DNA from: Alphaproteobacteria bacterium
Lineage (GTDB): Bacteria; Pseudomonadota; Alphaproteobacteria; UBA828
Reading direction: 5' to 3'
NCBI GenBank assembly: GCA_965220745.1
Contig: CBDCQT010000005.1
Span: 224,001-288,000, forward strand
Length of the DNA stretch: 64,000 bases
Positions 22,565-32,537 of this stretch are shown in pieces (the first letter of the stretch is position 1; each line of letters opens with the position of its first letter). A program made the translations under genes and the position numbers. The notes below the pieces were generated by a model. That model saw only the letters and a program-made list of their open reading frames with translations. It was not told the origin of the DNA and searched no databases.

Positions 22565-22934
22565 CGTCTCGTCTCCTTACCAGCCGGCGGGTGATCCCGC
22601 GGCTTCTCCGGCGCGCCGTCTCGCTCGGCCGCGTGGCCCGTCTAAATCGGCCCGTAAAGCGTTCAGGCTCCGGCGGATCGTACCCCGGCGTATCGGGGAG
22701 CGGGCGCGGGTTGTCGATCGAGGGCCACGGCACGAACGCCAAGACCCAGATCATGATCACGGGCAGGCCGATCAGGAGGCCCAGCCCGACCGTGACCGGC
22801 GGGATGAAGAGCCCCACGATGGGGAGCAGCATGAGATAGGCCCACCAGGGGTTGCGCCCGGCCTTGTTGAAGATACGCCAGAACATCCAGAGCATGATGA
22901 CCGTGACCGCGAGGTATTGGAGGACGCCGACCAC
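22557..22934 (-). CDS. small membrane protein with Pro/Arg-rich tail
   Basis: [13 protein letters not shown]...WVLAFVPWP hydrophobic segments; overlaps the argG start. Confidence 0.7.
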
Positions 22935-22937
22935 GGT

Positions 22938-23129
22938 TCAGCGCTTCCCGTAGGGATCGCTCGGCCAGATCATGAAGGCGAGCAGCGCGAGCAGGATTAG
23001 CGGCCCGACCAGGGGCACGAACACCACGAGCGCGAGCGGCCAGCGCAGGCCCGCACGCCGACAGATGCGCAGAGCCGGATAGAGGAGTATGGCCCCGAGC
23101 GCGAGGCCGACGACGATTTGGACAGGCAC
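22938..23129 (-). CDS. small membrane protein, paralogue of the downstream gene
   Basis: LRICRRAGLRWPL...PLVG...LLAFMIWP has the same pattern as 22557-22934. Confidence 0.65.
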   Translation of the reverse strand: MPVQIVVGLALGAILLYPALRICRRAGLRWPLALVVFVPLVGPLILLALLAFMIWPSDPYGKR

Positions 23130-23201
23130 GGCCGCCGCGCGGTTGCGGTCGTTCAGGCGGGATGGGCGCGTTCGGCGCGCTGCGTCGTCCGCGCCCCCCG
23201 C

Positions 23202-24611
<1,410 letters not shown>

Positions 24612-24677
24612 CGTATTGCTCCATCACCCGCTCGGTCTTTCCTCATGGCGCCTGCATCCGGCAGCGCGCTGGCGCGC

Positions 24678-25025
<348 letters not shown>

Positions 25026-25162
25026 CTAAGCGGGCCAGGCCGGCACGGTCTCTAGCCCGGAGTTCTCTCCCTGTCGGCGCCGCATGATAGCGCAGGTCCG
25101 GTTCCGCGCAGCCTCCTTTGGTGGCATCATGCGCGGCCTTTGAGTGGGACAGGGAGGCGCAC

Positions 25163-26344
25163 GTGCAGATCGCCGAGCGCATGGGGCGGCTCGGGACCGA
25201 GACTGCCTTCGACGTATTGGCCCGCGCGGGCGCCTTGCAGGCGGCCGGGCGCAGCATCATCAATCTCGGCATCGGCCAGCCTGATTTCCGCACCCCCGAC
25301 CATATCGTCGAGGCGGGCCGCAAGGCGCTGTCGGACGGCCACCACGGTTACACCCCGGCGAACGGCATCCCTGCGCTGCGCGAGGCGGTGGTCGCCGACA
25401 TCGCCACGTACCGCCGCTGCGAGGTCGATCCCGACAACGTCGTGGTGGTGCCGGGCGGCAAGGTCACGATGTTCTTCGCTGCGCTGATGTTCGGCGAAGA
25501 GGGGGCCGAGATCCTCTATCCCAATCCGGGCTTCCCCATCTACGAGTCCACGATCAAGTTCTCCGGCGCGACGCCGGTGCCGATCCCGCTCTACGAGGAG
25601 ACCGGTTTCTCCTTCGATGCCGAGGAGGTGCTGGCCAAGATCACGCCCCGCACCCGGCTGGTCATGCTCAACAGCCCGGCCAACCCGACCGGGGGCGTGG
25701 TTCCGCGCGAAACCTTCGACCGGCTCGCCGAGGGGCTCGAGGCCCATCCTCATGTCGCGATCATGAGCGACGAGATCTACAGCCGCCTGCTCTACGAGGG
25801 GCGGGAGCATGTCACGATGCTGGACTATCCGGCGCTGCGCGACCGCGTGATCGTGCTCGACGGCTGGAGCAAGACCTATGCGATGACCGGCTGGCGAATC
25901 GGCTACGGGGTCTGGCCCGCGCCGCTCGCGGCGCACGCCACGCGGCTCGCGATCAACTGCAACTCCTGCGTCAACGCACCGACCCAGCACGCGGCGCTGG
26001 CGGCGCTCACCGGCCCGCAGGAGTCAGTCGACATCATGCGCAAAACCTTCGACGAGCGGCGGAAGCTCATCGTCCCCGCGCTCAACCGGATCGAGGGCAT
26101 CACCTGCGTCGATTCCGCCGGCGCCTTCTACGCCATGCCCAACATCACTGGCACCGGGCTCGACGCGCGCACGCTGCAGGACGGACTGCTGGAGGAAGCT
26201 GGCGTCGCCACCATCGCCGGCACCAGCTTCGGCGCCTACGGCGAGGGCTACCTCCGCCTCTCCTACGCCGCGAGCACGGAGGAGATCGAGGAATCCATCG
26301 CTCGCATCGAGGCTTGGCTCGCAGCGCGCGCAGCTGCGGCGTAG
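25163..26344 (+). CDS. aspartate/aromatic aminotransferase, class I/II
   Basis: NLGIGQPDF, NSPANPTG, SDEIY, GWSKTYAMTGWRIG; GTG after GGGAGG. Confidence 0.92.
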   Translation: MQIAERMGRLGTETAFDVLARAGALQAAGRSIINLGIGQPDFRTPDHIVEAGRKALSDGHHGYTPANGIPALREAVVADIATYRRCEVDPDNVVVVPGGKVTMFFAALMFGEEGAEILYPNPGFPIYESTIKFSGATPVPIPLYEETGFSFDAEEVLAKITPRTRLVMLNSPANPTGGVVPRETFDRLAEGLEAHPHVAIMSDEIYSRLLYEGREHVTMLDYPALRDRVIVLDGWSKTYAMTGWRIGYGVWPAPLAAHATRLAINCNSCVNAPTQHAALAALTGPQESVDIMRKTFDERRKLIVPALNRIEGITCVDSAGAFYAMPNITGTGLDARTLQDGLLEEAGVATIAGTSFGAYGEGYLRLSYAASTEEIEESIARIEAWLAARAAAA

Positions 26345-26559
26345 GGCGGCGAATAAGCACTTCAATCAGTAATAGCGAAAACGAATTTACTTGCCATTGC
26401 GAGGGGCCGCCCCAGACAGCACAACGGGTAGTTGTCGGTCACGACTGTGGGTGCGGCCTTGGCGTCACAGCACTTGGCGCCGAAGAAAACCGGAGTAGTG
26501 ACCTGGATGGCAGCGAATTAGGGCAAGACAGCGGAGTCTTGAAGGACATACTTAGTCTA

Positions 26560-27324
26560 TTACTCCTTCGGCGGTGGCGCAGGAGGAGCAGCAATATTTG
26601 GTTCCTCTAGAATTTCTTTGGGATATTGCCCTATTCTCTTTTCGAATTGCGCAATATGCTGTAATTGCTCTTGAAGTTCCTCATCACCCAAAAGACGAGC
26701 CTTCCACTGTCTCTTTACTCTTTTCAGGATCGCAATTTTGATCGGCTCTCCCACTCCACCAGGAGCGTACTTGATTGTATGGTCCAGTGCCCAATAGACG
26801 CCAAACGTGGCTGCCTGAACGTCAGGCTCACCACCGGCCCATAACACTCGTCTGACAAATGCTACAAAGGGCTCTGCGAGCATTTGGCCGGAGCCCATCG
26901 CAACAAACGTTAGCTTTCCATCCTTTAGTTCAGGCTGTAAATCCGCAATCCCGTACTCGACCAAATGGGCCTTGTCTTCAATCGGCGCCGCGAGAAGAGC
27001 CCCAAAGCCGAAGCCGTTTGGTGGTCCCATGAAAGGCACGTTAGTTGATTTGAAATCTTGCATTGCGTTTGCTGAAATGCCTCGTAGGCAGTCCCACAAG
27101 CTATTCTGGAAATGATTTGCATTCCACATTAAATGGACAATATGCGCAAATCTTTGGGAAAGTCCGACGCTGCCCGAACCAGCGATGATGACTTTCTCTC
27201 CAATAATTTGGATCTTGTCTGTTGGAGTCTGGAGTAAGTGAGCTGGGCCATGTGTTGAGGTAGCCATACTGTCGGCGCCGATGACGACTCCGTCAGTACA
27301 CTTTACCCCGATAAGAACGGTCAT
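26560..27324 (-). CDS. proteasome beta-subunit-like Ntn (Thr1) hydrolase, stand-alone
   Basis: M-T1 VLIGVKCTDGVVIGA-D17-S, TPTD-K-I, IIAGSG, AMGSG, PGGVG; low-GC codon usage. Confidence 0.82.
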   Translation of the reverse strand: MTVLIGVKCTDGVVIGADSMATSTHGPAHLLQTPTDKIQIIGEKVIIAGSGSVGLSQRFAHIVHLMWNANHFQNSLWDCLRGISANAMQDFKSTNVPFMGPPNGFGFGALLAAPIEDKAHLVEYGIADLQPELKDGKLTFVAMGSGQMLAEPFVAFVRRVLWAGGEPDVQAATFGVYWALDHTIKYAPGGVGEPIKIAILKRVKRQWKARLLGDEELQEQLQHIAQFEKRIGQYPKEILEEPNIAAPPAPPPKE

Positions 27325-27759
27325 TTAGTCCACAAATATACTGTTCTTCTTCATGTCTGGGTAAACGGCATAGATCGACTTGACCAACTCGTTGAAGCTG
27401 AGTGAGCGCACCCATTGTGAGATAGCCTCAATATACGCTCGATGCGCATCCGACAAACCATCAAGGATCGCTTCGCCGCGTTCCAAGCCCTCTCCCGAGG
27501 CTGCATACCTCTTCCATCTTCCGTTTGGTGAAGAGGTTATCTCCGCAAAGCCCCATTCGTGCAATGTTTCGGCATCCTTATAGACTTGTTTGTCGAAGGG
27601 ACCATAGTCGTATGGTTCAAATTGGTAGCACTCGCCGTCTGTGATTAGTTCCGGAACATTCTGGTCGAGGAGAAACATGGCCTTTTGAACCTGAACGGGC
27701 TGATACGCATGTCCTTCGGCAGCGGCAAGAGCGGCAAGAAGCAGATCCTCGCGCGTCAT
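27325..27759 (-). CDS. Panacea/SocA (DUF4065)-like, YwgA-like winged-helix protein
   Basis: VQVQKAMFLL, YQFEPYDYGPFDKQVY, ELVKSIYAVYP; AGGAGG RBS; its TAA abuts the next ATG. Confidence 0.7.
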   Translation of the reverse strand: MTREDLLLAALAAAEGHAYQPVQVQKAMFLLDQNVPELITDGECYQFEPYDYGPFDKQVYKDAETLHEWGFAEITSSPNGRWKRYAASGEGLERGEAILDGLSDAHRAYIEAISQWVRSLSFNELVKSIYAVYPDMKKNSIFVD

Positions 27760-27899
27760 GATTGCAGCCTCCTGATTCCTGCGGACGAGACAACGGGGCT
27801 GCAATCCTGTGAGGTCAGGTTCGCTGCGCGCACCATTTCTTCCGCCACGTCACGCTTTGCGTCTGGCGGGTCGCCTACGTCTGCATATCGAATTTTCAT
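27756..27899 (-). CDS. putative 47-aa ORF leading the Panacea-protease operon
   Basis: MKIRYADVGDPPDAKRDVAEEMVRAANLTSQDCSPVVSSAGIRRLQS*; AGGTGG upstream; ATGA overlap with the next gene; no known motif. Confidence 0.35.
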   Translation of the reverse strand: MKIRYADVGDPPDAKRDVAEEMVRAANLTSQDCSPVVSSAGIRRLQS

Positions 27900-28207
27900 A
27901 GTCGCCACCTAGGCGACGCTCACGGCATGCCCGAGCAGGCCGGGCAAGTGCCGCTCACACCAGGGAGGTCCTGGACATAGCTAGAGCCACTGGGCCTTGG
28001 TTGTCGGCTCACCTCCACTTCGAGTGAGTCGATTCATCAGCTTCCCTCCCCAGAGTCGTTCCAAGGCGATTGTCAACCATATATTTGTGGATTGTGCAAA
28101 TGCTCTTCAAGACATGACATAGTGCGCTTTTGTGCATGATGCTGGCGAACGACGTGAGCGTAGTGATAGTCGCTCGCACCGGGGCGGTCATGGTAGGAAC
28201 GGGGTCG

Positions 28208-28284
28208 GCGCCCGTAGCTCAGCCGGATAGAGCACGAGCCTTCTAAGCTTGGGGTCGCAGGTTCGAGTCCTGCCGGGCGCGCCA
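28208..28284 (+). tRNA. tRNA-Arg(TCT)
   Basis: GCGCCCG/CGGGCGC acceptor stem, TAGCTCAGCCGGATAGAGC D-arm, CTTCTAA anticodon loop, GTTCGAGTCC T-loop, encoded CCA. Confidence 0.97.
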
Positions 28285-28324
28285 TGCCTCCACCGAACGC
28301 GCTAGAGATCAAGGGCAGCCACTG

Positions 28325-28630
28325 ATGGTCAAGAGACACCCGTCCCTAGTGCCGGTGCATCCGGGAGAGATTCTGCGGGAGGACGTTCTGCCGACGCTCG
28401 GCATGACCAAGACGGCCGTTGCCGGCGCCCTCGGAATCTCCCGGCGGACGCTCTACGACATCCTCAACGAGAAGCAGCCGGTCACGGCCGAGATGGCGGT
28501 TCGTTTCGGCAAGCTGTTCGGCAATGGCGCGGCCTTTTGGTTCAACCTGCAGCGGGCCCACGACCTGGCAATCGCGGAGCTCACGGTCGACGTGTCCGGA
28601 ATTCCGACACCCGAAACACGGGCCGGCTGA
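28325..28630 (+). CDS. higA: HigA-family addiction module antitoxin (orphan)
   Basis: HPGEILRED, ALGISRRTLYDIL, VTAEMAVR, FWFNLQ. Confidence 0.9.
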   Translation: MVKRHPSLVPVHPGEILREDVLPTLGMTKTAVAGALGISRRTLYDILNEKQPVTAEMAVRFGKLFGNGAAFWFNLQRAHDLAIAELTVDVSGIPTPETRAG

Positions 28631-28874
28631 GCGAATGATCCCCGCTCAAGAATGAGACGCGGCTGACGCTTCGTTCCGACTGTCGGCACCCGCCGCCCGT
28701 GCCGCGCTTGTGCCGCGAGCCACAGGGTCGCATACTTCCCGCTGAGCCATAAGGCGTGGAGAGGTGCTGCTCCGACGCGACGGGCGGCGCCGACGGGCGC
28801 CCTGCTCGTCGGCTCCTCCCCGATCGCATCGCGCGTGGTGCGGCACGAACGTCATAACGGGGAGGAGCAAGCTT

Positions 28875-30167
28875 ATGGTGGATCTCAAGAAGACAGGAAT
28901 TTCCAGGCGGTCCGTGCTCAAGGGCTCGGCAGCGGCCGCCGGCGTGGCGGCCGGCGCAAGCCTCGGCGGTTTCCCGACGGTCTGGTCGCAGGACATCAAG
29001 GACATCGAGATCAGTATGATCGGCACGGCGGTGACGATCTCCAGCACCTACGAGGCGATGGCCGAAGAGGCGCTGGGCTTCCAGTTCAACATGTCGGCGG
29101 TCGACCTCAACACCATCGGCCAGCGCGCCCTCACGCAGCCGAGATCGGCCGACCTGTTCGAGCCGGATCTCGAGCAGTTCCCGCAGATATTCCCGTCCGG
29201 CAACATGCAGGCGATCGACATCACCAAGCTCGAGCATTTCGACCAGCTGCTCGGGATCTACAAGAAGAGCGGCACGATCCATGCCGACGCCTGGTACGGG
29301 GACGGTATGAACCCGTCGCGCTACTGCTGGACCTCGGCCATCGACGGCAGAGACTTTGTCGAGCCGGAGTCCAGCCAATGGATGACCATCGTGCCCGGCA
29401 CCTTCAACGCCGATACCCTCGGCGCGCAGCCCGAAAAAATCGGCCGCCCGATCGAGACCTGGGCCGAGTTCGTCAACCCCGAGTTCAGCGGCAGGACGGC
29501 GCTGCAGAACTTCCCCGGCATCGGCATCATGGATATCGCCATGGCGCTCCAGGCCAACGGGGAGATCGAGTACGGCGACAAGGGCAACATGACGGTCGAC
29601 GAGATCAACTACACCTTCGACCGGCTGATCCAGCTCAAGAAGGACGGGCACTTCCGCGCCTTCTGGAGCACCTTCAACGATTCGGTCAATCTGATGACCT
29701 CCGGCGAGGTGGTGCTGCAGTCCATGTGGTCGCCGGCGGTGGCGGCGGTGCGCGCACGCGGCGTGCCCTGCATCTACCTCGACCTCAAGGAAGGCTACCG
29801 GGCCTGGGCGCTCGGCGCGATGATCCCGCGCCATGTCGAGGGCAAGAAGCTCGGCGCCCTCTACGACTACTTCAACTGGTACCACTCGGGCCCGGCCGGG
29901 GCCTACTTCTCCAAGCAGGGCTACTACATGTGCACGCCCGAGAACTCGCGCGGCTTCATGGAACCCTGGGAGTGGGATTACTGGTACGAGGGCAAGCCGG
30001 CCGAGGGCGAAGTCAAGGACCCGTTCGGCAACGTCATGGAGCAGCCCGGCCACGTCCGCGACGGCGGCTCGTTCGCGAACCGCATGGGCCGGGTCGCCGT
30101 GTGGAACTCGATCATGGACGAGAACATCCTCGTCGTGAAACGCTGGAACGAGTTCCAAACCGCATAA
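28875..30167 (+). CDS. Tat-exported PotD/PotF-family solute-binding protein
   Basis: SRRSVLKG twin-arginine signal, SMWSPAV, KEGYRAW; GGAGG upstream. Confidence 0.82.
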   Translation: MVDLKKTGISRRSVLKGSAAAAGVAAGASLGGFPTVWSQDIKDIEISMIGTAVTISSTYEAMAEEALGFQFNMSAVDLNTIGQRALTQPRSADLFEPDLEQFPQIFPSGNMQAIDITKLEHFDQLLGIYKKSGTIHADAWYGDGMNPSRYCWTSAIDGRDFVEPESSQWMTIVPGTFNADTLGAQPEKIGRPIETWAEFVNPEFSGRTALQNFPGIGIMDIAMALQANGEIEYGDKGNMTVDEINYTFDRLIQLKKDGHFRAFWSTFNDSVNLMTSGEVVLQSMWSPAVAAVRARGVPCIYLDLKEGYRAWALGAMIPRHVEGKKLGALYDYFNWYHSGPAGAYFSKQGYYMCTPENSRGFMEPWEWDYWYEGKPAEGEVKDPFGNVMEQPGHVRDGGSFANRMGRVAVWNSIMDENILVVKRWNEFQTA

Positions 30168-30185
30168 GCTACATTTTCATGGTTG

Positions 30186-30218
30186 CTGCGGCGCCCTCTC
30201 GGGGCGCCGCAGTGCTTT
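30186..30218. terminator. hairpin between convergent genes (probable intrinsic terminator)
   Basis: ctgcggcgccc (30186-30196) pairs with gggcgccgcag (30202-30212), followed by tgcttt. Confidence 0.7.
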
Positions 30219-30225
30219 CGGGCCC

Positions 30226-30963
30226 CTATACGTGCTCGCCGCCGTTGACGTGCAGCTCACCGCCGGTGATGTAGGCGGCGGTGTCCGAGCAGAGGAAGTA
30301 GATCGCGGACGCCACCTCGGAGGGCTTGCCGAGGCGCGCCATGGGAATGGCCGGCAAGAGGTCGTTGGCCTGCGGCGAGAGGATGGGCGTGTCGATCTCC
30401 CCTGGCGCGATGGCGTTCACGCGGATGCCGAGCGGGCCGAAGTCCGCCGCCATCTCGCGGGTGAGCGCGGCGAGCGCCGCCTTGGAGGTCGAATAGGCGC
30501 TGCCGGCGAAGCGGTGAACCCGGCCGCCCGCGATCGAGGTCACGTTGACGACGCTGCCCTGGCCGCGCTTTAGCTCATCGAAGAGGCCCCGCGCCAGCGC
30601 CAGCGGTGCGTAGAAGTTGACTTGAAAGACCTCGCGCCAGAGGTCGAGGTCGGTGCTCAGGCTGTCGAGCCGGATGCCGTCCTCGCCCTTGGGCGAGATG
30701 CCCGCGTTGTTGACCAGCGCGCTCAGCGGCGCACCGTTGAGGCGAGCGCGCATCTCCTCGATGCCGCGCCCCACGTCCTCCGGGTCGGCCAGGTCGATCC
30801 TGATGTGGTCTTCGGGGCCGGCCTCCCACGGACAATCCTCCGAGAAGGCCCGGCGCGAGGCGGTGATGACTCGCCAGCCCGCCGCGCTGAAGCGCTTGAC
30901 CGTCGCGTGCCCGATCCCCTGGCTCGCGCCGGTGAGGATCAGCGTCCTCCGTTCGTCCGCCAT
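30226..30963 (-). CDS. short-chain dehydrogenase/reductase
   Basis: TGASQGIG, NNAG, YSTSK, VNAIAPG. Confidence 0.92.
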   Translation of the reverse strand: MADERRTLILTGASQGIGHATVKRFSAAGWRVITASRRAFSEDCPWEAGPEDHIRIDLADPEDVGRGIEEMRARLNGAPLSALVNNAGISPKGEDGIRLDSLSTDLDLWREVFQVNFYAPLALARGLFDELKRGQGSVVNVTSIAGGRVHRFAGSAYSTSKAALAALTREMAADFGPLGIRVNAIAPGEIDTPILSPQANDLLPAIPMARLGKPSEVASAIYFLCSDTAAYITGGELHVNGGEHV

Positions 30964-30974
30964 GGCCGTGCTCC

Positions 30975-31754
30975 CTATTCGTCGCCCTCCACCGGCATGG
31001 TGTAGTTGAGTCGCATTCGCCCCCCGTCGGCGTAGATTACCTGTCCCGTGACGTATGAGGAATCATCGCTTGCGAGAAAGACCGCGATCCCTGCGACCTC
31101 CTCCGGCTGGCCGACCCGGCCCATGGGGGTGCGGGAGAGGACCCGCCGCCGCGCCGCCTCGTCGGTGAGCAGGGAGCCCGAGAGCTCGGTGAGGATCGTG
31201 CCCGGGCCGATCGCGTTCACGCGGATGCCTTTAGGCGCGAGCGCCAGCGACATGACCGAAGTGAGCTGGTTCACCCCGCCCTTGCTCACCACGTAGGCCG
31301 CGATCGAATCGATCGCCATCTCCGCGTTGACCGACGACATGTTGACGATGCTGCCGGAGCCTGCGTCCGCCATCGCACGCGCCGCCGCCTGACCCACCAG
31401 GAAGTAGCCCCGCAGGTTGACGCGGAGCACGCGGTCGAAGTCCTCCTCGGTCACGTCGAGGAAGTCCGCGATGGTGAAGATGCCGGCGTTGTTCACCAGC
31501 ACGTCGATGCGGCCGTGGCGCGAAAGTGTCTCCGCAATCAAGGCGCGCGCCTGCGGGCCGTCGCCGGTGTCGCAGGCGACGAAGGCCGCGGCACCGCCGG
31601 CGTTGCGGATCGACTGCGCCGTGGCCTCGCCCTGCTCTTCGAGGATGTCGCCGATGACGACCGCGGCACCCTCGGCGGCGAAGCGCCGGGCGCAGGCGGC
31701 GCCGATGCCGCGGGCAGCCCCGGTCACCACCGCGATCTTGCCTTCGAGCCTCAT
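30975..31754 (-). CDS. short-chain dehydrogenase/reductase
   Basis: TGAARGIG, NNAG, YVVSK, VNAIGPG; ATG at 31754 overlaps the TetR stop. Confidence 0.92.
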   Translation of the reverse strand: MRLEGKIAVVTGAARGIGAACARRFAAEGAAVVIGDILEEQGEATAQSIRNAGGAAAFVACDTGDGPQARALIAETLSRHGRIDVLVNNAGIFTIADFLDVTEEDFDRVLRVNLRGYFLVGQAAARAMADAGSGSIVNMSSVNAEMAIDSIAAYVVSKGGVNQLTSVMSLALAPKGIRVNAIGPGTILTELSGSLLTDEAARRRVLSRTPMGRVGQPEEVAGIAVFLASDDSSYVTGQVIYADGGRMRLNYTMPVEGDE

Positions 31755-32335
31755 TCCGCCTCCGCCCCCGGCCGGAACAGGTTGACGATGTGGCGGGCGA
31801 TCTCCTCGGCCGTGTCCTCGCCCGGCCTGTACCACGCGATCGACCAGGCCATGGCGCCGATCAGCGCCAGCCGAAAATACTTGCGGCTCGTGCCCTCCGG
31901 CAGCGGCAGGTCGTCGATCAGCGTGCGAAAGACGTTCTCGTAGTCGTCGCGCTCCTCGATCATGCGCGCGCGGAGCTTCGGCGAATGCCGGCGCGGGAAC
32001 TCGGTGGCGATGACCGAACCATAGTCCTTGCTTGCGTGCAGGGTCTCCACGTGGGCGGCGCAGGCGGATTCCAGCTTGCCCCAGGGATCGTCCGCGGTCT
32101 CGATGGCGGCCAGCACGCGCTCCTTGATTCGCTGGATGCCGGCGGCATGGACCGCCGCCAGCAGGTCCTCCTTGGAGGCGAAGTGGTAGTACATCGAGCC
32201 GGGCAGGATGCCGGCCGCGGCGGCAATATCGCGCACCGAGGTGGCGCTGTAGCCGGACCGAGCGAACTCCACCGCCGCCGCGTCGAGGATGCGGCCCCGG
32301 CGATTGTCCCTGCGCTTCCCGTCGGTTTCCGCCAC
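31751..32335 (-). CDS. TetR-family regulator (KstR2-like)
   Basis: ILDAAAVEF..SGYSATSVRDIAAAAGILPGSMYYHFASKEDLL. Confidence 0.92.
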   Translation of the reverse strand: MAETDGKRRDNRRGRILDAAAVEFARSGYSATSVRDIAAAAGILPGSMYYHFASKEDLLAAVHAAGIQRIKERVLAAIETADDPWGKLESACAAHVETLHASKDYGSVIATEFPRRHSPKLRARMIEERDDYENVFRTLIDDLPLPEGTSRKYFRLALIGAMAWSIAWYRPGEDTAEEIARHIVNLFRPGAEAE

Positions 32336-32367
32336 TGCCTAGGATCATTCCGGACTCGGCGGGTTTG

Positions 32368-32385
32368 GGCAAGCGTTTGTTTGAT
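32368..32385. promoter_or_regulatory. candidate TetR operator
   Basis: Near-palindrome CAAGCGTTTG (32370-32379) about 35 nt upstream of the tetR start; resembles the KstR2-type CAAG-N2-CTTG core (recalled). Confidence 0.4.
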
Positions 32386-32537
32386 TGGGGCGTGCCGGGC
32401 CTTGAGCGCGCCCGCCGATTGTCGCCACGGTTGAAGGTAGCTACCATCGTCGGCGATGCGCTGGGCAAGGAGGCCGGCGCCCGGCCGCGCCGCGTCCGGC
32501 ACGGACGGCAGGATGCACCGACACAGGGAGGCTATCG

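Larger units (their letters stand above)
26345..28200. mobile_element. low-GC horizontally acquired islet next to tRNA-Arg (no integrase seen)
   Basis: Abrupt drop to about 50% GC (by eye) after the aminotransferase stop; A/T-ending and AGA codons; boundaries approximate. Confidence 0.6.

Noticed and set aside
26560-27324. Calling the protease hslV, Anbu or prcB
   Set aside because: It lacks the HslV TTI/GDGQV start and hslU, lacks the Anbu TYC start and operon partners, and has no prcA or Pup genes nearby.
28073-28339. 88-aa ORF containing MARPAGLEPATPSLEG
   Set aside because: It is the antisense translation of the tRNA-Arg gene.
26345-28700. att-site duplication or integrase for the tRNA-Arg islet
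   Set aside because: No repeat of the tRNA ends and no integrase was seen, so an intact integrative element is not claimed.
28631-28874. Possible riboswitch in the long leader of the potD-like gene
   Set aside because: GC-rich hairpins are present, but I could not match any known aptamer consensus; an Rfam/Infernal scan is needed.
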